DNA from: Spirochaetota bacterium
GTDB taxonomy: Bacteria; Spirochaetota; UBA4802; JAFGDQ01
Length of the DNA stretch: 40,228 nt
NCBI GenBank assembly: GCA_043803405.1
Contig: JAZDKB010000021.1
Coordinates: 1-40,228, forward strand
Direction: 5' to 3'
The translations under genes were made by a program, and so were the position numbers. Position 1 is the stretch's first letter; every line of letters starts with the position of its first letter. Below, in pieces: positions 27,344-36,434 of the stretch. The notes below the pieces were generated by a model, which was given only the letters and a program-made list of their open reading frames with translations, was not told the origin of the DNA and made no database searches.

Positions 27344-27583
27344 ATGATAAATTCATCAAATGATATTCAAAAATTAAATCAAATAGTTTCAATTATTGAT
27401 AATAAAGCAAGTCAATATAAAAGTGAAAGACACCATATGCATCGTGCAAAAGCAGATGCTGATAAAAAATTAATTTTAGATTTAATTAATGATGGATTAG
27501 AATTAGCAAACTCCATAGGTTCTCAAGCTCAAGGACTTATTGAAGATTTAGATAGATTGAAAAAACAATTTATTAAACTATAA
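27344..27583 (+). CDS. Small hypothetical helical protein
   Basis: 79-aa very AT-rich ORF with normal amino-acid composition. Confidence 0.55.
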   Translation: MINSSNDIQKLNQIVSIIDNKASQYKSERHHMHRAKADADKKLILDLINDGLELANSIGSQAQGLIEDLDRLKKQFIKL

Positions 27584-27761
27584 TTTATATTCCCTAAAGT
27601 CCTTTAAATTCAATTACCAGCAGCACTCCGGAAGCAGAGAGTTGACTTACCGCCGCAGGTGCCGAAACTGGAAATATTGTTGAAAATATGGAAATAGTAG
27701 TGTATCAGTATTACAATAATTTACAATGTAAAGATTAATTATAAAAACCTATTTTTAAAAA

Positions 27762-28676
27762 ATGCAAATTAACAATAAATATCAGCTTTTTTACACTGAA
27801 GCCATAATGCCTGCATCAGACATTCCTTCCATAAACAGGATAAAAACTATTTTTGAAAATATGTCCCTTGATGAATTCATAAAGTTAATAAATACAATAA
27901 TGGCCGACAATGATTATGATACATATAATATTTTTCTTTATTATGTTATGTTGTTTCGTGAAATGAAACATGTACAGTCGTTTATAAATTCCGACAAATT
28001 TAATATTGAAATGCTGGAAAAACTGATCCTGTTCACGCACGGATATTGTACTATTCATGGTTATACACTCGAACGTGTACTGGATGAGATATTATATTTT
28101 ATCGACAGCAGGCGCCTTCTTGAACTTACCCTGTATTCCAGGCACATAACACGGGACAAATTATTTCTTTTTTACATACTGTCGAAATTCGACACCGAAA
28201 TGCTGAATCAATACTTTAAAAAATTGCGTGATACTTCGGAATTCATTGACTACTTCCTGAAACTGCCTGAAGAAATAATGCGTTCAATAATAGCCAGAAA
28301 TTACAAACTCTTTCAGTATATCATGCTTCTAATGGCTGAAAATGAATATGATAAAACATATACCCAGACTTTTTTTGATAAATATAAAGAAGATATCGAG
28401 CAGTTCAGCAAACTTAGCGATATAATACGCAAGTACAAAAATAGTGTCAATATGGAAGAAGAGAAGAAGCTGCCTTTTAACAAACGCGACATGGCACGAA
28501 TATCATTCATCGTAAATAAAATTCGTGAAATGCCAAATGCGAAAAAAGCTATCGAATATTTCGACAGTGAAAATATTTTTGCGGATGTTGAAGAAAAACA
28601 GATCATCAGTTCTATCATTTTCGATCCGCTTTTTCAAAATGTTTTCAAATATTATGACAAATTATTTGAAATTTAG
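27762..28676 (+). CDS. Hypothetical protein (alpha-helical)
   Basis: 304-aa ORF with no recognised motif. Confidence 0.8.
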   Translation: MQINNKYQLFYTEAIMPASDIPSINRIKTIFENMSLDEFIKLINTIMADNDYDTYNIFLYYVMLFREMKHVQSFINSDKFNIEMLEKLILFTHGYCTIHGYTLERVLDEILYFIDSRRLLELTLYSRHITRDKLFLFYILSKFDTEMLNQYFKKLRDTSEFIDYFLKLPEEIMRSIIARNYKLFQYIMLLMAENEYDKTYTQTFFDKYKEDIEQFSKLSDIIRKYKNSVNMEEEKKLPFNKRDMARISFIVNKIREMPNAKKAIEYFDSENIFADVEEKQIISSIIFDPLFQNVFKYYDKLFEI

Positions 28677-28829
28677 TGATTTGTGTTTTTATAAAAGAAA
28701 GCAGTAAGGTTAATAATATTATATTTAAATTGAAAAACACTCGCATATACACAAAAAAAAGCAAAGCATAAGCTATATAATGTATCCGCTTCGCTACTTA
28801 GCCTTCAGTTATATGAATAAGAAACAATA

Positions 28830-29519
28830 ATGAATACAGAAGAAATAAAAGAACGTTTTAATTCTGCAGCAGAAGATTACGATTCGCGACGCAGAATTTT
28901 AATACCGTGTTTTGATGATTATTATGAAACAATGACCGGTTTTCTGTCCGGCATAATACCTGAACCGGAATCGATATTAGACTTAGGAGCAGGAACAGGA
29001 TTGCTTTCAAAATTCTGGTTTAACTATTTTAAAAACAGTAAATATACTCTTGTTGATGTAGCCGACCAGATGATGGAAGTTGCAAAGAAAAGATTCCATG
29101 AATTAACTAATTTCAATTATATAATAGCAGATTATTCAAAAGATTTTCCGAAAGGAAACTATGATTTAATATCTTCAGCATTATCAATTCATCATTTATC
29201 AGACGATGAGAAACTAAATTTATATAAGAAAATCTTTAAGGCATTACCTTCCAAAGGTTATTTCGTTAATTTTGATCAATTTAACGGGAATACTGAACTG
29301 ATGACTGATTTGTATAATAATTGGTGGTATGAGCATATAAAGGATAGCGGAATAACGGGGTATGAAAAAAACACCTGGGCAGAAAGAAGAAAAGCAGACA
29401 AAGAGAATTCTGTTGAAGAATCAATTGAAATGCTTAATGAAGCCGGTTTTCAAATTGTAGAATGTATATATCGTTATATGAAGTTTGGAGTAATTTTTGC
29501 AATTAAAAGCGGCATATAA
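28830..29519 (+). CDS. Class I SAM-dependent methyltransferase
   Basis: ILDLGAGTG, YDLISSALSIHHL, L...GYFVNFD. Confidence 0.93.
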   Translation: MNTEEIKERFNSAAEDYDSRRRILIPCFDDYYETMTGFLSGIIPEPESILDLGAGTGLLSKFWFNYFKNSKYTLVDVADQMMEVAKKRFHELTNFNYIIADYSKDFPKGNYDLISSALSIHHLSDDEKLNLYKKIFKALPSKGYFVNFDQFNGNTELMTDLYNNWWYEHIKDSGITGYEKNTWAERRKADKENSVEESIEMLNEAGFQIVECIYRYMKFGVIFAIKSGI

Positions 29520-29696
29520 CATAAATTAACCGCAATACTCGCAACTGAATCCGGTACCGGCATCTCCGGCAGATGTATTGATTTAATCTTTATGCGAAAT
29601 GTTTTTCATGATTTGAAAAATGATATTTCATATTTTATTAAACTTCGGCCACTGCTTAAAGATAGCGGCAGAATCGCGATTCGAGACCCCGGGTGA
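29520..29696 (+). pseudogene. Fragment of a second, different class I methyltransferase
   Basis: Translates HKLTAILATESGTGISGRCIDLIFMRNVFHDLKNDISYFIKLRPLLKDSGRIAIRDPG*, which matches motif IV-VI-type sequence with no start and no motif I. Confidence 0.7.
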
Positions 29697-29724
29697 TGCT
29701 TAAACAAAGGATAAAATTGCAGTT

Positions 29725-30801
29725 ATGACTGTGCAAAAAGGAATGCAGATCAAACACTATGAGGTACTGCCTCTAAAGGCGCGGTTAAGCCAGCCTTTTC
29801 GAACGGCATTAGGACAGCATGATACTCTGGATAATCTGCTTTTTAAGATTAAACTAAGTAATGGTGTTACCGGTTACGGCGAAGCTGCTGTGGCAACGCA
29901 CATTACCGGCGAGACACTGGCTCAAACTGAAAAGAACCTTGAGATATGCGGGCAAAGTCTGCTGGGGCAAAGTGTAACCGAATATTTAACTATTTCGGCA
30001 GCGCTTGACCGGCAACTGCCGGACAATAAAGCCGCACTTGCCGCTGTTGAGATGGCTCTTTTTGATGCGCTGGCTCGTACTTTTAGGATACCGTTATGGC
30101 GGTTGTACGGTGACAGGCCGGTAAAATTGCATACAGATATTACGATAGTGATCGACAGCCCGGCTAACGCCGGAAAGAAGGCAAACGAATTCTATAGTCG
30201 CGGTTTCAGGGCATTCAAGATCAAGATAGGCCGGGATATGGATAGCGACATAGCACGGGTGATAGCAGTAGCAGGGATCGCAAAAAAAGCAAAATTGTAT
30301 ATAGACGCAAACCAGGGTTATAGCTCGCAGCAAACCTTATGGTTACTTAAAGAGTTGGAAAAGCATAATATCATTCCTGATCTTATCGAACAGCCTGTTC
30401 CTAAAGATGACAGGGATGGCCTTAAACGAGTGACACGCCTTGCCAAAACAAAGGTCTGTGCTGATGAAAGCGTTAAGAACATGGCGGATGCTGTCTGGGC
30501 AGTCACAGAAAAGGCCTGCGATGTGATCAATATCAAGCTGATGAAATGCGGGCTGGTACAGGCAAGGGAGATCGCTTTTTTTGCCAGAGCAAATAATGTG
30601 GGCCTTATGATCGGCGGTATGATGGAAAGCGCTCTTGCCATGACCTGTTCGGCGCATATCGCATCCGGTCTTGGTTTTTTTGATTATGTTGATCTGGATA
30701 CGCCGTTTTTTTTAAAGGACATAAAGAAGCATAAATTCCTTTCAAAAAACGGGGAGTACGATCTGACAAAAGTCAAAAGCGGGATAGGCGTAATACGTTA
30801 A
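29725..30801 (+). CDS. Dipeptide epimerase (L-Ala-D/L-Glu epimerase, enolase superfamily)
   Basis: GYGEA, FKIKIG, DANQG, IEQP, ADES, INIKLMKCG, DLD motif. Confidence 0.9.
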   Translation: MTVQKGMQIKHYEVLPLKARLSQPFRTALGQHDTLDNLLFKIKLSNGVTGYGEAAVATHITGETLAQTEKNLEICGQSLLGQSVTEYLTISAALDRQLPDNKAALAAVEMALFDALARTFRIPLWRLYGDRPVKLHTDITIVIDSPANAGKKANEFYSRGFRAFKIKIGRDMDSDIARVIAVAGIAKKAKLYIDANQGYSSQQTLWLLKELEKHNIIPDLIEQPVPKDDRDGLKRVTRLAKTKVCADESVKNMADAVWAVTEKACDVINIKLMKCGLVQAREIAFFARANNVGLMIGGMMESALAMTCSAHIASGLGFFDYVDLDTPFFLKDIKKHKFLSKNGEYDLTKVKSGIGVIR

Positions 30802-30804
30802 AAA

Positions 30805-31974
30805 ATGATTACTGATCCTTACATAGTCATCGCTGTTCTGATCCTTATTGAGTTTTGCGTTTTGTACTTTTCCGGCATGCAAAGATTTGCGAAATATTTT
30901 CATTTTATCCCGCCGGTTTTCTGGATATATGCAATACCCATGCTTTTTTCGTCACTCGGCCTGATCCCTGCGGAAAATCCGTTTTATGATATTATCACAG
31001 CTAACGTGCTCCCGGCCAGTCTTATCCTCCTTCTTCTTAGCAGTGACCTTAAAGCAATATCGCGGCTTGGCAAAAAGGCTTTAATCATGATGCTCAGCGG
31101 TAGTATTTCCATAATGATTGCGATCCCTGTGGTTTTTTTTCTGTTTAAGGATATATTTGGCAATAATATGTGGAGCGGTTTTGGCGCACTTTCTGCCTCG
31201 TGGGTCGGAGGCAGCTCAAACATGATAGCTGTCAAGGAGGCTTTAGGCGCCCCAGAGCACGTATTCGCTCCGATGCTTGTAGTGGATACAATCGTACCTT
31301 ATGCATGGATGGCATTTCTGATCGCGGTTGTAGGAATGCAGAATATTTTCGATAAAAAAGTAAAAGCCGATAGCAGGATAATGGAAGAACTGAAGCTGCA
31401 TTTGAGCGGCCGGCAGGAGATTAAGAAAAGCTTTTCAGCAAAAGGTACTTTATGGATAGCTCTTACCGCAGTGGCCGGTGTGTTTGTGTCCAGGATATGT
31501 GCTTATTATTTGCCGGCAGTCAAGGATATGATTCCTGTATTTACATGGACAATCATTATTGCGTCAACCTTGGGTGTTTTGTTGTCGCTTACTCCTGCAA
31601 AAAAACTTGAACAGTCAAACTCGAGTGTATTCGGGAACTGGCTTTTATATTTCGTGCTTACCACTATCGGAGCCAAAGCCTGCATCCGCGACCTGAATGC
31701 CGCTTTCATACTTGTCGGGGCCGGATTTTGCGTGATCATTCTGCACGGTTTGATCATCGTCACAGCAGCGAAGATCATTCGCGCACCGATGTTTTTAGCA
31801 GTCACAGCCAGTCAGGCGAATATCGGCGGCCTGGCTTCCACGCCGGTTGTAGCAGCGGTATACCAGCCGGCACTGGCTTTTGTCGGCATCTTAATGGCAG
31901 TATTGGGAAACATACTCGGAACATACACTGGCATTATCACAGCTTATGTCTGTAAATTCATTGCAGACATTTAA
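30805..31974 (+). CDS. DUF819-family membrane protein (putative transporter)
   Basis: ASWVGGSSNM and ASQANIGG motifs, about 11-12 TM segments; 3 bp after the epimerase gene. Confidence 0.85.
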   Translation: MITDPYIVIAVLILIEFCVLYFSGMQRFAKYFHFIPPVFWIYAIPMLFSSLGLIPAENPFYDIITANVLPASLILLLLSSDLKAISRLGKKALIMMLSGSISIMIAIPVVFFLFKDIFGNNMWSGFGALSASWVGGSSNMIAVKEALGAPEHVFAPMLVVDTIVPYAWMAFLIAVVGMQNIFDKKVKADSRIMEELKLHLSGRQEIKKSFSAKGTLWIALTAVAGVFVSRICAYYLPAVKDMIPVFTWTIIIASTLGVLLSLTPAKKLEQSNSSVFGNWLLYFVLTTIGAKACIRDLNAAFILVGAGFCVIILHGLIIVTAAKIIRAPMFLAVTASQANIGGLASTPVVAAVYQPALAFVGILMAVLGNILGTYTGIITAYVCKFIADI

Positions 31975-32007
31975 TGCATATGTTCCCGATCCTGTTTTTA
32001 GGAAAGC

Positions 32008-33099
32008 TTATTTAAACAGTAGTACAACTGAAACATGGCCTTCGATTGCATGCCCTGAATTTTCTTTTTCAAAAAATAATATATATGATGGCCCTGCCTG
32101 AATATAAATATCATTTCTGATATGCTTTCGAAGATTCAATTCAGCCTGAATAAACGGATCCCAATACATATCGAATCCCTCTGTTTTGGTACTCACATGA
32201 TGAAGCATATAACCGCCGCTTAATCCTGGCAGAAGAGAGTAATTCGATGATACGCTGAACCCGTAAAGTATCTGAATACCTGTTTTGTTTATAGAATAAT
32301 TTTTTACTCCATTTGACTCTGGAACAAAATACGCGAAAGAGAGAAATATACTCACAGCACTTTTTTTAAAAAAGAAATCACATAGTCCTCCATAAAGCGA
32401 TATTCCGTATCCTTTATCCGCAAATTCTGAATACTTGCCGCAAGGCACTAAATATTCAGCCTGAATATTTAGTGACGTTATAAGCTTTTTTTCGACAGGC
32501 TTAATTACTAAAGGCGGTAGAAAATAAGGTTTTAACTTATCTGCAATATAATTAATGGTTTGGTTTAGTTCACTTTCTTTGCTTATTCTTTGAATGGCTA
32601 TTAGTTCGGTTTTTTTGACTGCATTATAGAGAATAATCTTTATTTTATAGGTAATATCCGCTTTCTTATGAAGGAGATATTTGTACTTTCCTTCTTCGCC
32701 CATCAGGTTTTCTTTTTCTTTTTCGATTTTCATAACTGATCCGGTTATGACCATGTGCGAATTTATAATTCGTCCATATTGGGCTGCGCAGTTAATGCTG
32801 TCGCATGTTTTCGGCAGATTCTGCCATGTCTCTGCCTGCTTAATAACGTTTTGATTAATTATTACTATATAAGGAATAGCGGGAAGCGCTGATTTTAACA
32901 GGCTGCTGATTTTACTTGATTCGGCCGTTGTGCAATCTATCGGCTTCAGATTTATAAATGCCGTAGAATTATGTACCGGCGGTTTGATGTTAGTAATTGT
33001 AGTTTCCTGATCAAGCTGCGCATTTAATTTTGAGGAAAATAAAAGCGCTGAAATAATTTGTAAGATACTAATACTGTAAAATATGGAACTTATTTTCAT
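32008..33099 (-). CDS. Exported protein: CsgG/TolB-N-like domain plus probable C-terminal beta-barrel
   Basis: Signal peptide, CDSINCAAQYGRIINSHMVITGSV motif, amphipathic strands ending VSVVLLFK. Confidence 0.6.
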   Translation of the reverse strand: MKISSIFYSISILQIISALLFSSKLNAQLDQETTITNIKPPVHNSTAFINLKPIDCTTAESSKISSLLKSALPAIPYIVIINQNVIKQAETWQNLPKTCDSINCAAQYGRIINSHMVITGSVMKIEKEKENLMGEEGKYKYLLHKKADITYKIKIILYNAVKKTELIAIQRISKESELNQTINYIADKLKPYFLPPLVIKPVEKKLITSLNIQAEYLVPCGKYSEFADKGYGISLYGGLCDFFFKKSAVSIFLSFAYFVPESNGVKNYSINKTGIQILYGFSVSSNYSLLPGLSGGYMLHHVSTKTEGFDMYWDPFIQAELNLRKHIRNDIYIQAGPSYILFFEKENSGHAIEGHVSVVLLFK

Positions 33100-33257
33100 T
33101 TATTTAACTAAGTAGTAATTCATATAAGTTTTTCAATTTAAAATAACCAATTTAGATAATGTCAAGAAATATTATTTTAAAATGTAATTATTCAATATTT
33201 TTATAAAATTTTTCTTGTTTTTTTTCATATATTATTTATTAAAGATTACGTATTATT

Positions 33258-34877
33258 ATGTTATTATTAAAAGCCATTGGGTGTAAAATGCCAAGCTTGT
33301 TACTGATATTTATTATTTTTTTATGTTCCTGTTCAAATATGCTTAATGATATGAGCAACATGGACGGCATGGAAAATGTCTTGCACGGATATTTTGTTAT
33401 TTCCAATAATGATATTTATATTTATAAATCCCGAACATTACTCAATATGAATGTTAATAAAGCCGCTAAGATGCGCTTCAGGAACGAAGGCGAAGACTGG
33501 CCTGCGGAATGGGAGATATACGCCAGTGTAAAAGAATGGATATTGCCCGGAAGAGGCCAGTGTATTCAGAACGTATACGGCCAGTTCCAGGATATTGACG
33601 GTGAAGAGATAACTGCTTCGGACAGCATAATTCTGTGTGAGCGCGTTACGGCTTCGGACGGAAAGGCAATGACCGGAGACCGTTTCGGTGCATCTGTCGC
33701 AGTTTCCGGCGACGGGAATACGGTTGTTGTAGGCGTACCCGGAGACAGAAATAATTATGATAATACAAGCCAGGATCATTATAATCAGGGCGCGGTATAT
33801 GTTTATAGCTGGGATAATACGGATATGGAATGGAATGAGAGGATACTTAAGACAAGAGGCGAAAGGGACGATAATTTCGGATGCAGCGTTGCAGTTTCCT
33901 CCAACGGCAGCCGCATTGCTGCAGGAGCTTATAATGCCAGCCCTGACATAACAATGCCAAATTGGGGCGCTGTATATATATTCGATAAGGTTCCAGACTG
34001 GACTCAATCTGCTGTAATTTATGACCCGGCAGGTGCTGCCGGCAACGCTTTTGGATACAGCGTTTCACTTTCGGCTGACGGCGAAAAATTGGCCATAGGC
34101 AGCCCGAATGCATCAATAACAGGCAAAGTATTTGTTGCCGGTTCGGCAGCATGGTTAACATTGGAAGAGCTGACGTCTGCAGCAATTACCGGACTTACCG
34201 ATCGTATCAAATTCGGCAACTCTGTTTCAATAGCAGGTAACGGTCAATATGTGGCAGCCGGCGCGCCTGAGTGGGAAAATGTGGTTCACAGGGCCGGAAT
34301 CGTAATTATTTTTACAGATAATATAAGTTCGTGGTCAGATACCACTGAATATATTGCTGATCCCGACGGAGATGATTATTTCGGTTGTTCCGTTGCGTTG
34401 GATTATAACGGGAGCTTCTGTGCCATTGGCGCACGCGGAACCAGAGAAACTTACGAAAGCCAGGGAAGTTCATTTGCCTATAACAGAAGCGGTTCGTCCT
34501 GGGATTTATTCGGCAGCGGCGCTGAACCGGGACATTTATACTATTCAACTGGAGCAAATTTGGCGGATTACTTCGGAGGTTCGGTCTGCGTCAGCAATGA
34601 CGGCTTGACATTAATTTTCGGCGCAGATAGTTTTGATCAGTCTGGCAGGGGCGACCAGGGTGCCGCGTTTCATTATTTTGATAATGGCACTGATTTTATT
34701 TTTAAAGAAATACTGTATGCTATTGATGGGGCATCAGAAGACCACTTTGCTTCGTCGGTTGCAATATCCGGTGATGGGAACACGGTTGCCGCAGGAGCAA
34801 TCTATGACACAGGCAATATAAACAGCCAGGGTTCTGTATATATTTTTAAAAAATCCGGCGGAACTTTCATGGATTAA
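33258..34877 (+). CDS. FG-GAP repeat (beta-propeller) lipoprotein
   Basis: Lipobox-like FLCSCS; about 7 repeats of FG.SV.VS.DG...GA...G.VY.F. The start may be 33288. Confidence 0.9.
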   Translation: MLLLKAIGCKMPSLLLIFIIFLCSCSNMLNDMSNMDGMENVLHGYFVISNNDIYIYKSRTLLNMNVNKAAKMRFRNEGEDWPAEWEIYASVKEWILPGRGQCIQNVYGQFQDIDGEEITASDSIILCERVTASDGKAMTGDRFGASVAVSGDGNTVVVGVPGDRNNYDNTSQDHYNQGAVYVYSWDNTDMEWNERILKTRGERDDNFGCSVAVSSNGSRIAAGAYNASPDITMPNWGAVYIFDKVPDWTQSAVIYDPAGAAGNAFGYSVSLSADGEKLAIGSPNASITGKVFVAGSAAWLTLEELTSAAITGLTDRIKFGNSVSIAGNGQYVAAGAPEWENVVHRAGIVIIFTDNISSWSDTTEYIADPDGDDYFGCSVALDYNGSFCAIGARGTRETYESQGSSFAYNRSGSSWDLFGSGAEPGHLYYSTGANLADYFGGSVCVSNDGLTLIFGADSFDQSGRGDQGAAFHYFDNGTDFIFKEILYAIDGASEDHFASSVAISGDGNTVAAGAIYDTGNINSQGSVYIFKKSGGTFMD

Positions 34878-34920
34878 GTCCGGTAAAAGCTAAAAACATC
34901 AGGTTTCAATATGCCAGGCT

Positions 34921-35592
34921 TTACAGTTTATACATAAAACCCGCTATAAACTCAAGAGTGTTGCTTTTTAACTTGTCTTTCCCATATTCATAAACCGGAG
35001 TAAACGAGATGTCCAGTTCAGCTCCCAGTTGAATACTGAATATATCATTTACCGGCAGTAGAAATCCGCTGCATACCGAAATGCCAAGCTCATAACCGGA
35101 ACGGTCACTGTCTACTGAAGTTTCGGTTACCGTGCTGCTAAGTGTTTCTTTTTTAAACCATGAACCTGCCGGCAGGCCGTAAAAAGCGTTTAAACCAATG
35201 TAACCGTATTTTCTTATGTAGGTGTAACCAAGTGAAAAATCGATAAATTGCGCGTATATATAATTTCTTTTTTTCCCAGCTGTGCTGTAATTTGCCTCTG
35301 TTTTTAATTCTTTTTCGGATTTTCCTAAGGAAAAATTAAGCCAGTGATTTGATGTTATGATATTGTAAAAAAATTGAAAAGCATAGGATTCGGATTCGCC
35401 AAACAGGGATTTTTGCCCTCCATCGCCTGCGATAGTCCCGGTAGTATAGCTGATACCTTTGCCGTATTTAAGGCCTATTATATAGTCTTTTCCTGAAGGC
35501 TGGTTTTGAGCGGATTCTGTGTTCTGGGCAAAAGACGCAAAAGGAAAAAACATAGCAAGTAAAATATAACCCAAAAATATTTTTTTATTCAT
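34921..35592 (-). CDS. Putative small outer-membrane beta-barrel protein
   Basis: Signal peptide (ASFA), alternating strands, C-terminal FIAGFMYKL. Confidence 0.65.
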   Translation of the reverse strand: MNKKIFLGYILLAMFFPFASFAQNTESAQNQPSGKDYIIGLKYGKGISYTTGTIAGDGGQKSLFGESESYAFQFFYNIITSNHWLNFSLGKSEKELKTEANYSTAGKKRNYIYAQFIDFSLGYTYIRKYGYIGLNAFYGLPAGSWFKKETLSSTVTETSVDSDRSGYELGISVCSGFLLPVNDIFSIQLGAELDISFTPVYEYGKDKLKSNTLEFIAGFMYKL

Positions 35593-35836
35593 AACATACC
35601 TTTATGGATTTTATTTGTCGAATATATTGCTATTATAAAAAATTATATATTGAATTATGTCAATCAAAGAATCAAAAAAATAAAAAAAATTATAATATTA
35701 CATTTGACATAACTAATTATTTATAAAATCCTGCTGATAATTGCGATCCCACGATAAAGCAGGCGCTTTTTAAGCTGTAGCAGATATATTATTATTCGGT
35801 TTTGTTAAATCGGTATTGATTTTCACAGGAGCAACA

Positions 35837-36412
35837 ATGCAAAAACGGAAGAAAAGTTTAATAAATAAAAAATTTCAATTAAAAACATCGTTAAAATTAG
35901 CATTAGCTTCGTTAATTCCATTATTTTTAATTATGGGGCTGGTAGTTTTTTTAAAATACGATAGCGAAGATAAGTTGCTTAACGGGCTCGATAAACTAAA
36001 TGAAGCTGTTAAAACAGAAGATAATATAATTCAGGCATACCTTGAAATTGCGAGGGTATATAAAGATCAAAACATTAGGCTTGCGGCAGAGACTGTTAAA
36101 ACCGATCACGAAAAAAGCATTGAGGTAATTCAGGATTATTTAAAAAGAATCGAGACGCAGGTACTTTATTTGCAGTATTTTTTCATAATTATTTCCGTAC
36201 TTGTTGTGCTGCACGCTGTTTTTTTCTTCCGGCATTTGATCCGCTATACTCACCGGATTTCGGGCCCTGTTTTTTTAATGGGCAGGATAATTAAAGCAAT
36301 GCTTGAAAACACAACGATCGAGATCAGAAACCTGCGCAAAAAAGATGAGTTTAAAGATGTTTATGAAGATCTTATTAAGCTTTATAAGAAAAAAATTTCC
36401 GGACAGGCCTGA
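35837..36412 (+). CDS. Two-TM membrane protein with HAMP-like C-terminus
   Basis: RKK.LINKKFQ, two TMs, THRISGPV...LRKKDEF; AGGAG before ATG 35837. Confidence 0.7.
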   Translation: MQKRKKSLINKKFQLKTSLKLALASLIPLFLIMGLVVFLKYDSEDKLLNGLDKLNEAVKTEDNIIQAYLEIARVYKDQNIRLAAETVKTDHEKSIEVIQDYLKRIETQVLYLQYFFIIISVLVVLHAVFFFRHLIRYTHRISGPVFLMGRIIKAMLENTTIEIRNLRKKDEFKDVYEDLIKLYKKKISGQA

Positions 36413-36434
36413 TAATTACCCCGCGCTTTCATGG

